From the NCBI GenBank assembly GCA_039029275.1, contig JBCCGL010000014.1:49961-113960 (forward strand): DNA of 64,000 bases. The letters run 5' to 3'. Position 1 is the first letter of the stretch; each line of letters starts with the position of its first letter. The stretch comes from Pseudomonadota bacterium (GTDB lineage: Bacteria; Pseudomonadota; Gammaproteobacteria; JBCCGL01). The position numbers and the translations under genes were made by a program. The notes under the pieces were generated by a model. That model saw nothing but the letters and a program-made list of their open reading frames with translations. It made no database searches and had not been told where the DNA came from. Shown piece after piece: positions 9,143-18,451 of this stretch.

Positions 9143-11424
9143 TTGGAGTTCCTCTCTACCAGCATTAGTAACGGTGGCAAAAACAAAAAGTCGATAATCA
9201 GTGCGAATGAAATGGTCAGCGCGGTGACCAACCCCATGTCTGCGTTCAAGGTGAAGGACGAGTTCGCGAGTACCAGAAAGCCCGCCGACAATACAACGGT
9301 GGTGACGAACAGCGCGACGCCGACGGTTGAGAACGCATAGCGAACGGCGGCTTCGGGGTCTAACCCTTTCTCTCGTCGTGCGCGCAAATACTTGCTCAAA
9401 AAGTGAATGGTGTCGTCAACCACAATTCCAAGCGTCATCGCAACGATAACGGAAAGTGCCAATCCAACCTGACCGACCGTCATTGCCCAAACACCGAACG
9501 CGACGCCTGCGGGTGCAAGGTTTGGTATCAGGCTAAGCAGTCCAAACTTGAACGAGCGCAGGGCGAAGATCAACAGCGCCGAAATCAGAACCAGAGCGAT
9601 ACTGGTCCCGGACAGCATGCTGATGATGTTGCGCATTCCGATGTGCGAGAACATCAGCGTTGGGCTGGCACCGTGCGTGAGCAGGGCAGGCGTATTTTCT
9701 TCCATCCAGTTGAGCACGCGCTGTTCAAACTCCAGCGTGCGAACCGAGGAAATGGTTTTCAGCGTGACCTGCATACGCGTGGCGGATTTATCCACGTTAA
9801 CCTGATTGTTTAGATCAAGGCCGTAGGGCAGCGACATTTCGTACAGGAGTAAATACTGTGCGGCGAGTTCGCGTTCCTCTGGCAGGCGATAGTAGTCGCT
9901 GTCGTCGCCGTTCATGTTTTTGTTCAGCGTGCGCATCACTTCGCCGTAACTGTTCACGTGAATCACTTCGGGCTGTTGTTCGATCCAGCGCTCGAACTGT
10001 TCCAGCTGGCGCAAAAACTCGGGCTCGCTGATCCCGCTCGATTCCTTGGCGTCGAGCGAATAATCGATAAAGTACATGCCGGACAAGTTGTCGGTGATGT
10101 AGTCGGTTTTTGCGCGAAACGGCACGTCGGTGTCAAAGTACTCAACAAAGACGTCGTTCAATTCGTTACGCGGAATCAGCGCGGCAAACACAATGATCAG
10201 GCCGCCCATGATCCAGAACAGCGGGCGTCGCTTGCCGATAACAAAGTCGGCGATTCGATCCATGGTCGTAGTTTTTCCGTCCTCCACGACTTTTACTCGT
10301 ACCGGCAGAACAGCCATGACTGCCGGTAAAAACGTTACCGACAAAATAAACGCGTACAGTACGCCGACCGCGACGATATTGCCGAGATCGCGAAACGGAG
10401 GCGCGTCGGAAAAGTTCATGCTCAAAAATCCGATCGCTGTTGTGATCGACGTGAGCAGTACCGGGTTAAAGTTAATTCGCAAGCTCTCAACAATCGCTGC
10501 GCGTTTTTCCATGCCGTTGCGCATGTTATGCAGCATCGTTACCAGTATGTGCACGCAGTCTGCGACAGCCAGCGTGAGAATCACAATTGGAGCGTTGGCC
10601 GAAGGCGGCGTCAGTTTTATTCCTGCCCAGCCGGCACTGCCCATCGCCATCATTACAGACATAACAATAATAATCAGCGTGGCGACCGTGCCAGTCACAC
10701 TGCGCAAAAAGATAATCAGCCCGGCAATAAAAATGCCGAACATGATTGGGTACAGCGAGGCAAAATCGAGTTGCGTTGCTTCCGGAAACGCCTGATTCAT
10801 CATCACGACACCGGTGTCGTAAAACGCGATATTCGGATACTTGGCCTCCATCTCCGCAAGTAGATCGCGGGTAAAGTTGACCACCTGCGGCAGCTCGGTG
10901 ATCTCGTCGAGACCGGGCGTTTCAACTGTAATGTTTACGCCCGTAACATGGCCGCTGGGTGACACCAAACGGTTCACCAAACGAGGCTCGGCAAGCGCGA
11001 CTTTTTTAATCTGTTCGAGGTCGGACGGTGTCAGATACTCAGCTTCTTCGACTAAATCCTCGACGATCAAGTCGTCTTCTTCTGCATAGGTGTATTGGAA
11101 GTTGCTGATTGAATCGACGCGAATCGAGTAGGGAATCTGCCAGCTTTGTTCGGTCAGGTCGACAACCGCGGCAAGCGTTTCGGGGGTGAACACGTCGCCG
11201 TCTTTGGGCTCGAGCATAATCAGCACGTTGTCGTTTTTGGTGTAGGTATCCTGCATGCTCTCGAAGGCTTCGAGCTGCGGATTGCCCTCGCTGAAGAACA
11301 CGCGGTAGTCGTTAGTGAAAACCAGGTTCTGACCGCCTGCGCCCAGCAGCATGGTCATCACGATAGTGGCGGCGATGACCAGCCATCGAAATCGTATTAT
11401 CTGTTCGGCGTATCGGGTGACCAT
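9139..11424 (-). CDS. MMPL/RND family transporter
   Basis: Two repeats of TM + periplasmic loop; TLAVADCVH and LGIVVDDTIH motifs. Confidence 0.9.
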   Translation of the reverse strand: MVTRYAEQIIRFRWLVIAATIVMTMLLGAGGQNLVFTNDYRVFFSEGNPQLEAFESMQDTYTKNDNVLIMLEPKDGDVFTPETLAAVVDLTEQSWQIPYSIRVDSISNFQYTYAEEDDLIVEDLVEEAEYLTPSDLEQIKKVALAEPRLVNRLVSPSGHVTGVNITVETPGLDEITELPQVVNFTRDLLAEMEAKYPNIAFYDTGVVMMNQAFPEATQLDFASLYPIMFGIFIAGLIIFLRSVTGTVATLIIIVMSVMMAMGSAGWAGIKLTPPSANAPIVILTLAVADCVHILVTMLHNMRNGMEKRAAIVESLRINFNPVLLTSITTAIGFLSMNFSDAPPFRDLGNIVAVGVLYAFILSVTFLPAVMAVLPVRVKVVEDGKTTTMDRIADFVIGKRRPLFWIMGGLIIVFAALIPRNELNDVFVEYFDTDVPFRAKTDYITDNLSGMYFIDYSLDAKESSGISEPEFLRQLEQFERWIEQQPEVIHVNSYGEVMRTLNKNMNGDDSDYYRLPEERELAAQYLLLYEMSLPYGLDLNNQVNVDKSATRMQVTLKTISSVRTLEFEQRVLNWMEENTPALLTHGASPTLMFSHIGMRNIISMLSGTSIALVLISALLIFALRSFKFGLLSLIPNLAPAGVAFGVWAMTVGQVGLALSVIVAMTLGIVVDDTIHFLSKYLRARREKGLDPEAAVRYAFSTVGVALFVTTVVLSAGFLVLANSSFTLNADMGLVTALTISFALIIDFLFLPPLLMLVERNSK

Positions 11425-11475
11425 GTTCCTGTGCTCCTGGAAAGGTTGGTGGTTTAAAAAGTGTCGTTGGATATA

Positions 11476-12219
11476 TCAGCGACTACTGCTGAGCGCGAGC
11501 AGTTGCTTGTGTTCATCGGGAAACACTTCGGCATAAATGCGCTCTTTCAGCAGCAGAGGGTCGTTGTCGCTGGAAAGCGGTTTCCATCCCATGCCATCAA
11601 GCGTGCACTGCATCACGCGCATCATCGATGCGGTGGGGTCAGGCAGGCCGATTTCGTCGAAATCGATATCATATGTTTGCAGTACCAGTGCGCCGTAGGA
11701 CGAGGCCCACACGCCAAAAACCACGTCGAGCGGTGTCATGCCCGGCGGCAGCACAAGGTCTCCGCTCTGCGTACCGTCCTGGATGATGCCGACGATCAAA
11801 CCGATGATGCGTTGCTCGACCTCGACGTGCGCGTCGTTGCTTGCATTGCAAATTTTTTCGCGCACTGATCCGCTTTTGATCACCTGAATAGTGCTGAATT
11901 GAAGCGGGTTCAATTTGGCGTAGAGCGCGTGTGCGATACCGATTGCTGTCATGCGCTCGCGCGAGGTGCCGTTGAACGCGCTGGCGCGTTCAAACAAATC
12001 ACCCAGCACCGCCATGCTGCGCAAGCAGATCGCGATCAGCACCTCCTCTTTGTTAGGAAAGTGCTGGTACACCGTACCCTTGGAGTATTCGGACAGCTCG
12101 GCGATGCGATCCATGCTGAGCGCCTGGTGCCCGCCGTCGGCGATCAATTGCTCGGCGATGTCGAGCATCAAGTCGCGACGCTGCAAAATCTCGCGTTGTT
12201 TGCGGGTCAGTTTAGTCAT
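11476..12219 (-). CDS. TetR/AcrR family transcriptional regulator
   Basis: N-terminal HTH SMDRIAELSEYSKGTVYQHFPNKEE. Confidence 0.9.
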   Translation of the reverse strand: MTKLTRKQREILQRRDLMLDIAEQLIADGGHQALSMDRIAELSEYSKGTVYQHFPNKEEVLIAICLRSMAVLGDLFERASAFNGTSRERMTAIGIAHALYAKLNPLQFSTIQVIKSGSVREKICNASNDAHVEVEQRIIGLIVGIIQDGTQSGDLVLPPGMTPLDVVFGVWASSYGALVLQTYDIDFDEIGLPDPTASMMRVMQCTLDGMGWKPLSSDNDPLLLKERIYAEVFPDEHKQLLALSSSR

Positions 12220-12250
12220 GGGCGGCGATCATAGACGCATTGTCGATAAA

Positions 12251-12263
12251 TGACAAGTTGTCA
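12251..12263. promoter_or_regulatory. putative TetR operator palindrome TGACAAgTTGTCA
   Basis: Perfect 6-1-6 inverted repeat about 30 bp upstream of tetR. Confidence 0.5.
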
Positions 12264-12406
12264 AAAAAATACTTATCGTCATTATTCGAGGTTTCGTCAG
12301 GGTTGGATCACCGGATTGCAGAACGGCAAGTGTCCATCACTGCATTCCGCTATCAGCCGGCGAGGGCGCTATACTCCCGCGCGTTAACTGACCCGAGAAT
12401 CAAACA

Positions 12407-12895
12407 ATGTTGTGGAATCCCCGCCTGCTTTTCCTTGCCCAGTTTGCAATCTGTGCCTGCCTGCTGAGCTATGGCTACTACCTGCAATACGTCGAATTTC
12501 TCGATCCCTGTCCCTTGTGCATGGTACAGCGCGTGTGTTTTTTCCTCGTCGGTGCGGTTTCGCTTGTCGCCGCAGTACACGGGCCGGCGATTGTAATGCG
12601 GCGGGTGTATGCCTCGCTCGCGGGTCTGGCTGCGCTGGTTGGCGCACTGGTAGCGGGACGACAGATCTGGCTGCAGCATACGCCCGGCGCGGAGATGCTT
12701 GAATGCGGCGCGGGGCTTGGCACTATGCTCGAAACCATGCCGATTTTCGATGTGATGTCCAAGATTCTCAAAGGCACCGGCGATTGTGCCACCGTGCAAT
12801 GGACATTTATGGGCTTGTCGATCCCGGAGTGGGCGATCGTGTGTTTTATTGCGATGTTGTTGGTTAATATTGTGCTGATCGCTCGCCGCGACTAA
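12407..12895 (+). CDS. dsbB: disulfide bond formation protein B
   Basis: Four TM helices, PCPLCMVQR motif, second Cys pair (EC...GDC), GLSIPEW. Confidence 0.92.
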   Translation: MLWNPRLLFLAQFAICACLLSYGYYLQYVEFLDPCPLCMVQRVCFFLVGAVSLVAAVHGPAIVMRRVYASLAGLAALVGALVAGRQIWLQHTPGAEMLECGAGLGTMLETMPIFDVMSKILKGTGDCATVQWTFMGLSIPEWAIVCFIAMLLVNIVLIARRD

Positions 12896-12960
12896 CAGGC
12901 TGTGGAAAATCTATCTGCTGTGCATCAATTGCTTCGAAAACATTTTTTGGCCGCCTGTTA
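12893..12960. mobile_element. MITE-like remnant with terminal inverted repeats
   Basis: TAACAGGC(TGTGGAAAA)...(TTTTTTGGCC)GCCTGTTA bracket 68 bp; no transposase. Confidence 0.45.
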
Positions 12961-13000
12961 CTGATACAAATGAATTGTTCGCTGAGATTGGGGAAAGCTA

Positions 13001-13699
13001 TTGGCTAAAGATAAGAAAAAATCGAATTCAAATATTCTGCAATTGTGGCCCACCCACGTGATGAATAAGCGGTTTTCGCATTTTCAAAAAGTGAACCCCG
13101 CGCTTATCCAGCTTTTCAATCAGCATATGGACAAGGAGAACGTCAAGAACCGACACGCTTACGCGAGTCACGACCGCCTGCTTGCGGAGTACCCCAATCA
13201 CACCGAACTGGGCGAGCTGGCGCAATTTATCAAAGACAATGTATTTGAGCTGGCTGCGGAGGTTAACGGTCAATACTGGGGTCAAAGAGCCAGCATCGAA
13301 ATCTTCATGACCGGCATCTGGTTTCAGATCTCAAATAACTACAACTTTCACGAGACGCACACGCACGGCAACTGCTCCTGGTCCGGGGTTTATTACGTGC
13401 AGTCCGGCAATGCGAGCAAAGGGCCGGAGGACCACGTCGGCAAGCAACCCAACGGCGTTACCCGGTTTTACGGCCCGGGTCTGGACATCGGCGGCGGCGG
13501 CCACGGTGAGGCAGGCAATTTATATCTGCACGATTACGCCTACGATTCCTACCCGCAGGACGGCAAGCTGGTTATTTTTCCGTCGCACTTGAAGCACATG
13601 GTATTTCCGTATAACGGCGAGCAGGATCGCATCGTTGTGTCATTTCATGTGCAGATTAAAAATTCGCAGGGGGACACCTGGAATTACCAATTTCGATAG
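13001..13699 (+). CDS. putative 2OG-Fe(II) oxygenase (TIGR02466-like)
   Basis: HTH.N..WSGVYYV, GKLVIFPS.L.H.V and R..VSF motifs. Confidence 0.8.
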   Translation: MAKDKKKSNSNILQLWPTHVMNKRFSHFQKVNPALIQLFNQHMDKENVKNRHAYASHDRLLAEYPNHTELGELAQFIKDNVFELAAEVNGQYWGQRASIEIFMTGIWFQISNNYNFHETHTHGNCSWSGVYYVQSGNASKGPEDHVGKQPNGVTRFYGPGLDIGGGGHGEAGNLYLHDYAYDSYPQDGKLVIFPSHLKHMVFPYNGEQDRIVVSFHVQIKNSQGDTWNYQFR

Positions 13700-13705
13700 C
13701 GTGCG

Positions 13706-14848
13706 CTAACGGTACACGCGTGGCACCCGCGTGTTGATATTGGTTAAAACTTCAAGCGGGATTGTATTCGCCCACTCGGCGAGATTTTCGACGGTAATCG
13801 ACGCATCGCCGTCTTTACCGAGCAACAACACCGAGTCGCCGTTGAACGCCGAGTCATCGCCGATGTCGATCATGATTTGATCCATGCAGATTCGCCCGAC
13901 AACCGGGTAGCGCTTGCCACCAATGACGACTTCTGCGCGCCCCGACATATTGCGAAAGTATCCGTCACCGTACCCAACCGGGACGGTAACAACGCGAGTG
14001 TTTTTATCTGTCTGCCAGGTTGAGCCGTAGCTGACCGGGTGTCCTGGTTTAACCACTTTGAAATACACCACGCGCGACTTCCAGTTCATCGCGGTGCGTA
14101 GCGGCAATCCGTCGATGGCCTTCCCTGTCGGCGATACGCCAAACAACATGCGACCGGGGCGAACCAAATCGAGATTCGCGTCGGGAAATTGCGCGATCGC
14201 GCCGGAGTTGGCGGCGTGCCTCACAGGCGTTGGTAAGCCGTGTTTGTCAAACAACTCGCACACCGATAAAAAACGCTCGAGTTGCACACGTGTATAACTC
14301 ATATCGTCTTCGTCCGAGCTGGCGAAGTGCGTGAATATGCCTTCTATTTCGCACCAGCGGCATTCGCCGGATGCCAGTATCAAGGGTTCGGCGCTGTAGT
14401 AGTGCACGCCGATTCGCTCCATGCCGGTGTCGATTTTTACGTGCACTTTGGCGCGCTGCTGACGTTGCTTGGCAAACGATTCGATTTGCGCGAGCTTGTC
14501 CACCGACGACGCGGTAAGGGTTAGATCGTGTTCCAGAAACAGCGGAATCTGATCGCCCAGAATCCCCCCCATTACCAAAATGGGTGTCGTGATTCCGGCC
14601 TTGCGCAGTTTGATCCCTTCTTCCAGAAACGCCACGCCGAAGTAAGGAACCTCATCTTTTTCCAATCTCCGGGCGACTTCGACCAGGCCGTGTCCGTACG
14701 CATTGGCTTTGATCACGGCCATGGTAGGGCGGTGGCCGACGTGCGCGCATATCGAACGATAGTTATCGCAGATCGCCTCGAGATCGATTTCGATATGCGT
14801 GGGCCGAAGCGCTTCGGCTTCATCGATGGTCGGGTGGTGAATCGGCAT
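13706..14848 (-). CDS. alr: alanine racemase
   Basis: AVIKANAYGHG PLP-lysine motif, KIDTGMER.G, GYGDGY, GRICMD. Confidence 0.95.
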   Translation of the reverse strand: MPIHHPTIDEAEALRPTHIEIDLEAICDNYRSICAHVGHRPTMAVIKANAYGHGLVEVARRLEKDEVPYFGVAFLEEGIKLRKAGITTPILVMGGILGDQIPLFLEHDLTLTASSVDKLAQIESFAKQRQQRAKVHVKIDTGMERIGVHYYSAEPLILASGECRWCEIEGIFTHFASSDEDDMSYTRVQLERFLSVCELFDKHGLPTPVRHAANSGAIAQFPDANLDLVRPGRMLFGVSPTGKAIDGLPLRTAMNWKSRVVYFKVVKPGHPVSYGSTWQTDKNTRVVTVPVGYGDGYFRNMSGRAEVVIGGKRYPVVGRICMDQIMIDIGDDSAFNGDSVLLLGKDGDASITVENLAEWANTIPLEVLTNINTRVPRVYR

Positions 14849-14923
14849 CTTCGGGCGTGTGCAAAAAAACGCCACCATTTTGGTGATGAAAGACCTGTGA
14901 TTCAAGCGCCGCAGTGTGTTGCG

Positions 14924-15649
14924 TCACTCGGCCTCAGCTTTGCCCAGCTCCTGAAACTGGGCGTAAACCTCCGGATCAAATCGGCGCGCGGACGTGACCT
15001 TGTCTATCGGCAACACCACGACAAAATCGTCCATATCGAGCTCTGCGAATCGCTCATCTGTTTTGTCGAAGATTTCCGCGTAGTACGTCGTGAACTCAAC
15101 CTTGTGTTGCGGCGTGTTTCTGTAGCCGGATATAACGGGAATCAAACTGAAATAGCGCCGCTCACCGTTTGCAGGATCCGATGTCGTGTACACCCAGCCG
15201 ACGTAAACTTTGTCGTCATCCATCGTCACCATAACCATGTTGTCGGATGCGACAGCGTCGACCAGCAACAGCTCAAAGTCGTTTTGCGCAAGTGCTTCGT
15301 AAAAATGCGTTTTGTTGACGATCAGTTTGTTGGCAGCCAAGGCTGCCCATTGAGCCAGAAACGGAGCCGCTATTAGCGCTGCAAGCAACAGTTCTTGCAG
15401 AGTGATTCTCTCGTTAATTGAATAATCGAAAAGCGTTGTGTTCACAATCGACACTGGCAACAAATGGTAAATCAGTGCCAGCAGACAAACGGTGAGCACC
15501 GACAGCAACATGCCGTAAAATGTCGCCTCGAAATACAGTCGATGGCCTTGCTCGCGCGCCAATCGATAGCGCGTTGCTTCCCAATGTTTTACGAATCGAT
15601 ACCCGGCAACGATTGCCAGAAGCAGAAAAGGCGCGAGCCCGAAATCCAT
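14924..15649 (-). CDS. uncharacterised membrane protein (about 3 TM + soluble beta-rich C-terminal domain)
   Basis: 241-aa ORF; hydrophobic N-terminal half, then VTMDDDKVYVG...LIPVISGYR...FTTYY...FVVVLP. Confidence 0.75.
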   Translation of the reverse strand: MDFGLAPFLLLAIVAGYRFVKHWEATRYRLAREQGHRLYFEATFYGMLLSVLTVCLLALIYHLLPVSIVNTTLFDYSINERITLQELLLAALIAAPFLAQWAALAANKLIVNKTHFYEALAQNDFELLLVDAVASDNMVMVTMDDDKVYVGWVYTTSDPANGERRYFSLIPVISGYRNTPQHKVEFTTYYAEIFDKTDERFAELDMDDFVVVLPIDKVTSARRFDPEVYAQFQELGKAEAE

Positions 15650-15673
15650 TTTCGGTGTTTTAAGAGAGTGCGC

Positions 15674-15832
15674 TTATCGCCGGTTTTGGCGAATCTTGGC
15701 GATGCTCGCGAGTTGTTTTTGCGCTTTTTCCGAGCTGATGATTTTTTTCGGATCCTTATATACCGCGCCGGTTTCAGATACTTCCACGCCGGCGCGCGTT
15801 AGCTTTTCTGCAAATTGCTGACTTTTGGTCAT
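15674..15832 (-). CDS. small basic hypothetical protein (52 aa)
   Basis: ATG at 15832; co-oriented and ending 24 bp upstream of the membrane-protein gene. Confidence 0.6.
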   Translation of the reverse strand: MTKSQQFAEKLTRAGVEVSETGAVYKDPKKIISSEKAQKQLASIAKIRQNRR

Positions 15833-15935
15833 TGCATTGGTACCTGTTTGTAGAGTCGTCAAAATCGCTTTGAATGCAATATATCACGCCCGCGAGTTAA
15901 TCATAGTCGATTCTGACAGGCGCGTTGCCACGTCG

Positions 15936-16952
15936 TCAGTCCCACACCAGCGGCGGCTCTTGTAAAGCAGCAGCTTGTTCGCGCAAGGCGAGTATGTGTT
16001 CATCCCAATAGCGCGCGCTGCCAAACCACGGAAAGGCGTGTTGAAAAGCCGGATCGTCCGCGCGCCGCGCCAGCCACGCTGCGTAGTAGACGATTCGCAG
16101 GGTGCGCAGCGGCTCAATCAGGCGCAATTCACGCGGGTCAAATTCACGAAACTCGGTATAACCAAACAACAGGTCACCGAGTCTCGCGGTTTGATAGGTG
16201 CGGTCGCCGGAAAGAAACATCCACAAGTCCTGCACTGCCGGGCCGGTGCAGCAATCATCCAGATCCACAATGTTTAATGTATCGTCGCGCCACAGCAAAT
16301 TACCGGGATGAAAATCACCGTGGATTCGCAAAGTGTTGACGTCGTCGAGGCCATCAAGCGCGATCGTTATGCGTTTTTCGATATCGGTAATTAAGCTCGA
16401 ATACGGCGTCTGCAATTCCGCAGGCAGCTGATTGTGATTGATCAGGTAGTTCGCACTCTCGCGGATGCGCTGTGCCAAATCCAGAACCGGCCGATGCGAA
16501 AAAGATTTTGTCTCGCCGATCAAATGCATCTGCCCGAGAAATCGCCCGATGATCTCCAGATGCTCGGCGCTGTCGAGTTCGGGTGCACGGCCTCCGCGCC
16601 GCGGATACAGCGCAAAGCGATACAACTCGTGCCGAAACAATGTTGAGCCGTGCTCGGATCGCATGGGTGCGACAACCGGGAGTTCGGCGTCGGCGAGTTC
16701 CTGACTGAACGCGTGCTCTTCTTCGATTGCTTCGTCGCGCCAGCGTAGCGGTCGGTAGAACTTGGCGATGATCGGGTCGGCTTCATCCAGCCCAACCTGA
16801 TAGACGCGATTTTCGTAACTGTTCAAAGCCAGTAGTCGGCCGTCGCAAACGAATCCCTGCGCCTCGATCGCGTCGAGAATTGCATCGGGCATCAGCGCCT
16901 GAAACGCGCGTGTTTGTTCGTCAGTTTTGCCTATGTCGTCGCCTGGGTGCAT
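15936..16952 (-). CDS. srkA: stress-response serine/threonine kinase (SrkA/RdoA/YihE)
   Basis: LNSYENRVY, KFYRP.RW, HGDFHPGN, DLDD, GPAVQDLWM motifs. Confidence 0.92.
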   Translation of the reverse strand: MHPGDDIGKTDEQTRAFQALMPDAILDAIEAQGFVCDGRLLALNSYENRVYQVGLDEADPIIAKFYRPLRWRDEAIEEEHAFSQELADAELPVVAPMRSEHGSTLFRHELYRFALYPRRGGRAPELDSAEHLEIIGRFLGQMHLIGETKSFSHRPVLDLAQRIRESANYLINHNQLPAELQTPYSSLITDIEKRITIALDGLDDVNTLRIHGDFHPGNLLWRDDTLNIVDLDDCCTGPAVQDLWMFLSGDRTYQTARLGDLLFGYTEFREFDPRELRLIEPLRTLRIVYYAAWLARRADDPAFQHAFPWFGSARYWDEHILALREQAAALQEPPLVWD

Positions 16953-17060
16953 CGCTAAATCTTAACGGGCGAACGCCCAGCAATCATCATCTAATAAAAA
17001 CTTTTTCGCGGTTTCAGGTGCCGTCGCGTTACTATATTGATAAAGAATCGGAAAAAAATT

Positions 17061-17531
17061 GTGGCGAACATTTCTGAATTGATTGAAGTGGGCTGGCGTG
17101 AATGGGTAGCATTGCCCGAGCTTGGATTGCACGCGATTAAAGCAAAGATCGACACCGGAGCCAAAACCTCAGCTCTGCATGCATCGTCAGTTGAACGCAT
17201 TCGCGCGGATAATCGCGACCGCGTTCGCTTTGTTATGCATCCCTTGCAGCGCAGCGAAACACCGACAATTCAATGCGAAGCCGACTTGCTCGATGTGCGC
17301 GATGTGACGGACTCTGGTGGCCACAAGGAATCGCGCCTGGTGATCGAAACGCCGTTAAAGGTGGGCGAGCACAGCTGGCCTGTTCAGATTACGCTTACCG
17401 ATCGCAAAGGCATGCGATTTCGCATGTTGATCGGGCGGCGTGCTATGGTGGGTCGAATTGTGGTTAACCCCAAAGCATCGTACTGTGTGGGCAAACTGAA
17501 TCCCACGGCGCTGTACAACGCACGCCGGTAA
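17061..17531 (+). CDS. RimB-like retropepsin-fold protease ('ATP-dependent zinc protease' family)
   Basis: VGWREW, AKIDTGAKTSALH, R..MRFRMLIGR; directly upstream of rimK; start codon uncertain. Confidence 0.85.
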   Translation: MANISELIEVGWREWVALPELGLHAIKAKIDTGAKTSALHASSVERIRADNRDRVRFVMHPLQRSETPTIQCEADLLDVRDVTDSGGHKESRLVIETPLKVGEHSWPVQITLTDRKGMRFRMLIGRRAMVGRIVVNPKASYCVGKLNPTALYNARR

Positions 17532-17545
17532 AGGAGATAAGCTGA

Positions 17546-18451
17546 ATGAGAATTGCAATCTTGTCGCGCAACCGAAAGCTCTACTCCACCAAGCGCCTGA
17601 TCGAAGCTGCTGAAGAGCGCGGTCACGAAGTGCGGGTGATCGACGTGTTGCGTTGCTATATGAATATCACCTCGCATAAACCGAGCGTGCACTTTAAGGG
17701 CGATAATCTCGAAGGCTATGACGCCGTCATTCCTCGCATTGGTGCGTCGGTAACCTCATACGGCACGGCCGTGCTGCGGCAATTTGAGATGATGGGTGTG
17801 TATCCCTTGATCGAATCCGTGGCGCTCACGCGTTCGCGCGATAAGCTGCGCTCTTTGCAACTACTCTCGCGCAAGGGAATCGGCATGCCGGTTACCGGCT
17901 TCGCCAACAAGCCTGACGACATTCGAGATTTGATCAAAATGGTGGGCGGCGCGCCGCTGGTTATCAAATTGCTCAAAGGCACGCAGGGTATCGGTGTGGT
18001 GCTGGCAGAAACAGCCAAGGCGGCGGAAAGCGTTATCGAGGCGTTCATGGGCCTCAAGGCGGACATTCTCATACAAGAATTTATCAAAGAAGCCGGCGGC
18101 TCGGATATTCGCTGTCTGGTCGTTGGCAACAAAGTTGTCGCGGCGATGAAACGTCAGGCGGCTCCGGGAGAGTTTCGTTCCAATCTGCACCGCGGCGGAT
18201 CGGCAACGCTAATCAAAATTACGCCGGAAGAGCGATCAACCGCGGTGCGCGCTGCAAAAATTCTCGGGCTGGGCGTGGCGGGCGTCGATATTCTCAGATC
18301 GAATCACGGCCCCGTGGTGATGGAGGTGAACTCATCGCCCGGTTTGCAGGGAATCGAAGAAGCCAGTGGCAAAGACGTCGCGGGCATGATGATCGAGTAC
18401 ATTGAAAAGAACGCCAAGGCGGGCAAAACCAAAACCAAAGGCAAAGGTTGA
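17546..18451 (+). CDS. rimK: 30S ribosomal protein S6 glutamate ligase RimK
   Basis: [47 protein letters not shown]. Confidence 0.96.
   Translation: MRIAILSRNRKLYSTKRLIEAAEERGHEVRVIDVLRCYMNITSHKPSVHFKGDNLEGYDAVIPRIGASVTSYGTAVLRQFEMMGVYPLIESVALTRSRDKLRSLQLLSRKGIGMPVTGFANKPDDIRDLIKMVGGAPLVIKLLKGTQGIGVVLAETAKAAESVIEAFMGLKADILIQEFIKEAGGSDIRCLVVGNKVVAAMKRQAAPGEFRSNLHRGGSATLIKITPEERSTAVRAAKILGLGVAGVDILRSNHGPVVMEVNSSPGLQGIEEASGKDVAGMMIEYIEKNAKAGKTKTKGKG

Noticed and set aside
14528-15376. 282-aa plus-strand ORF and other long antisense ORFs (e.g. 27238-27957, 53421-54152, 54558-55250)
   Set aside because: Shadow frames overlapping well-supported genes, with no family motifs
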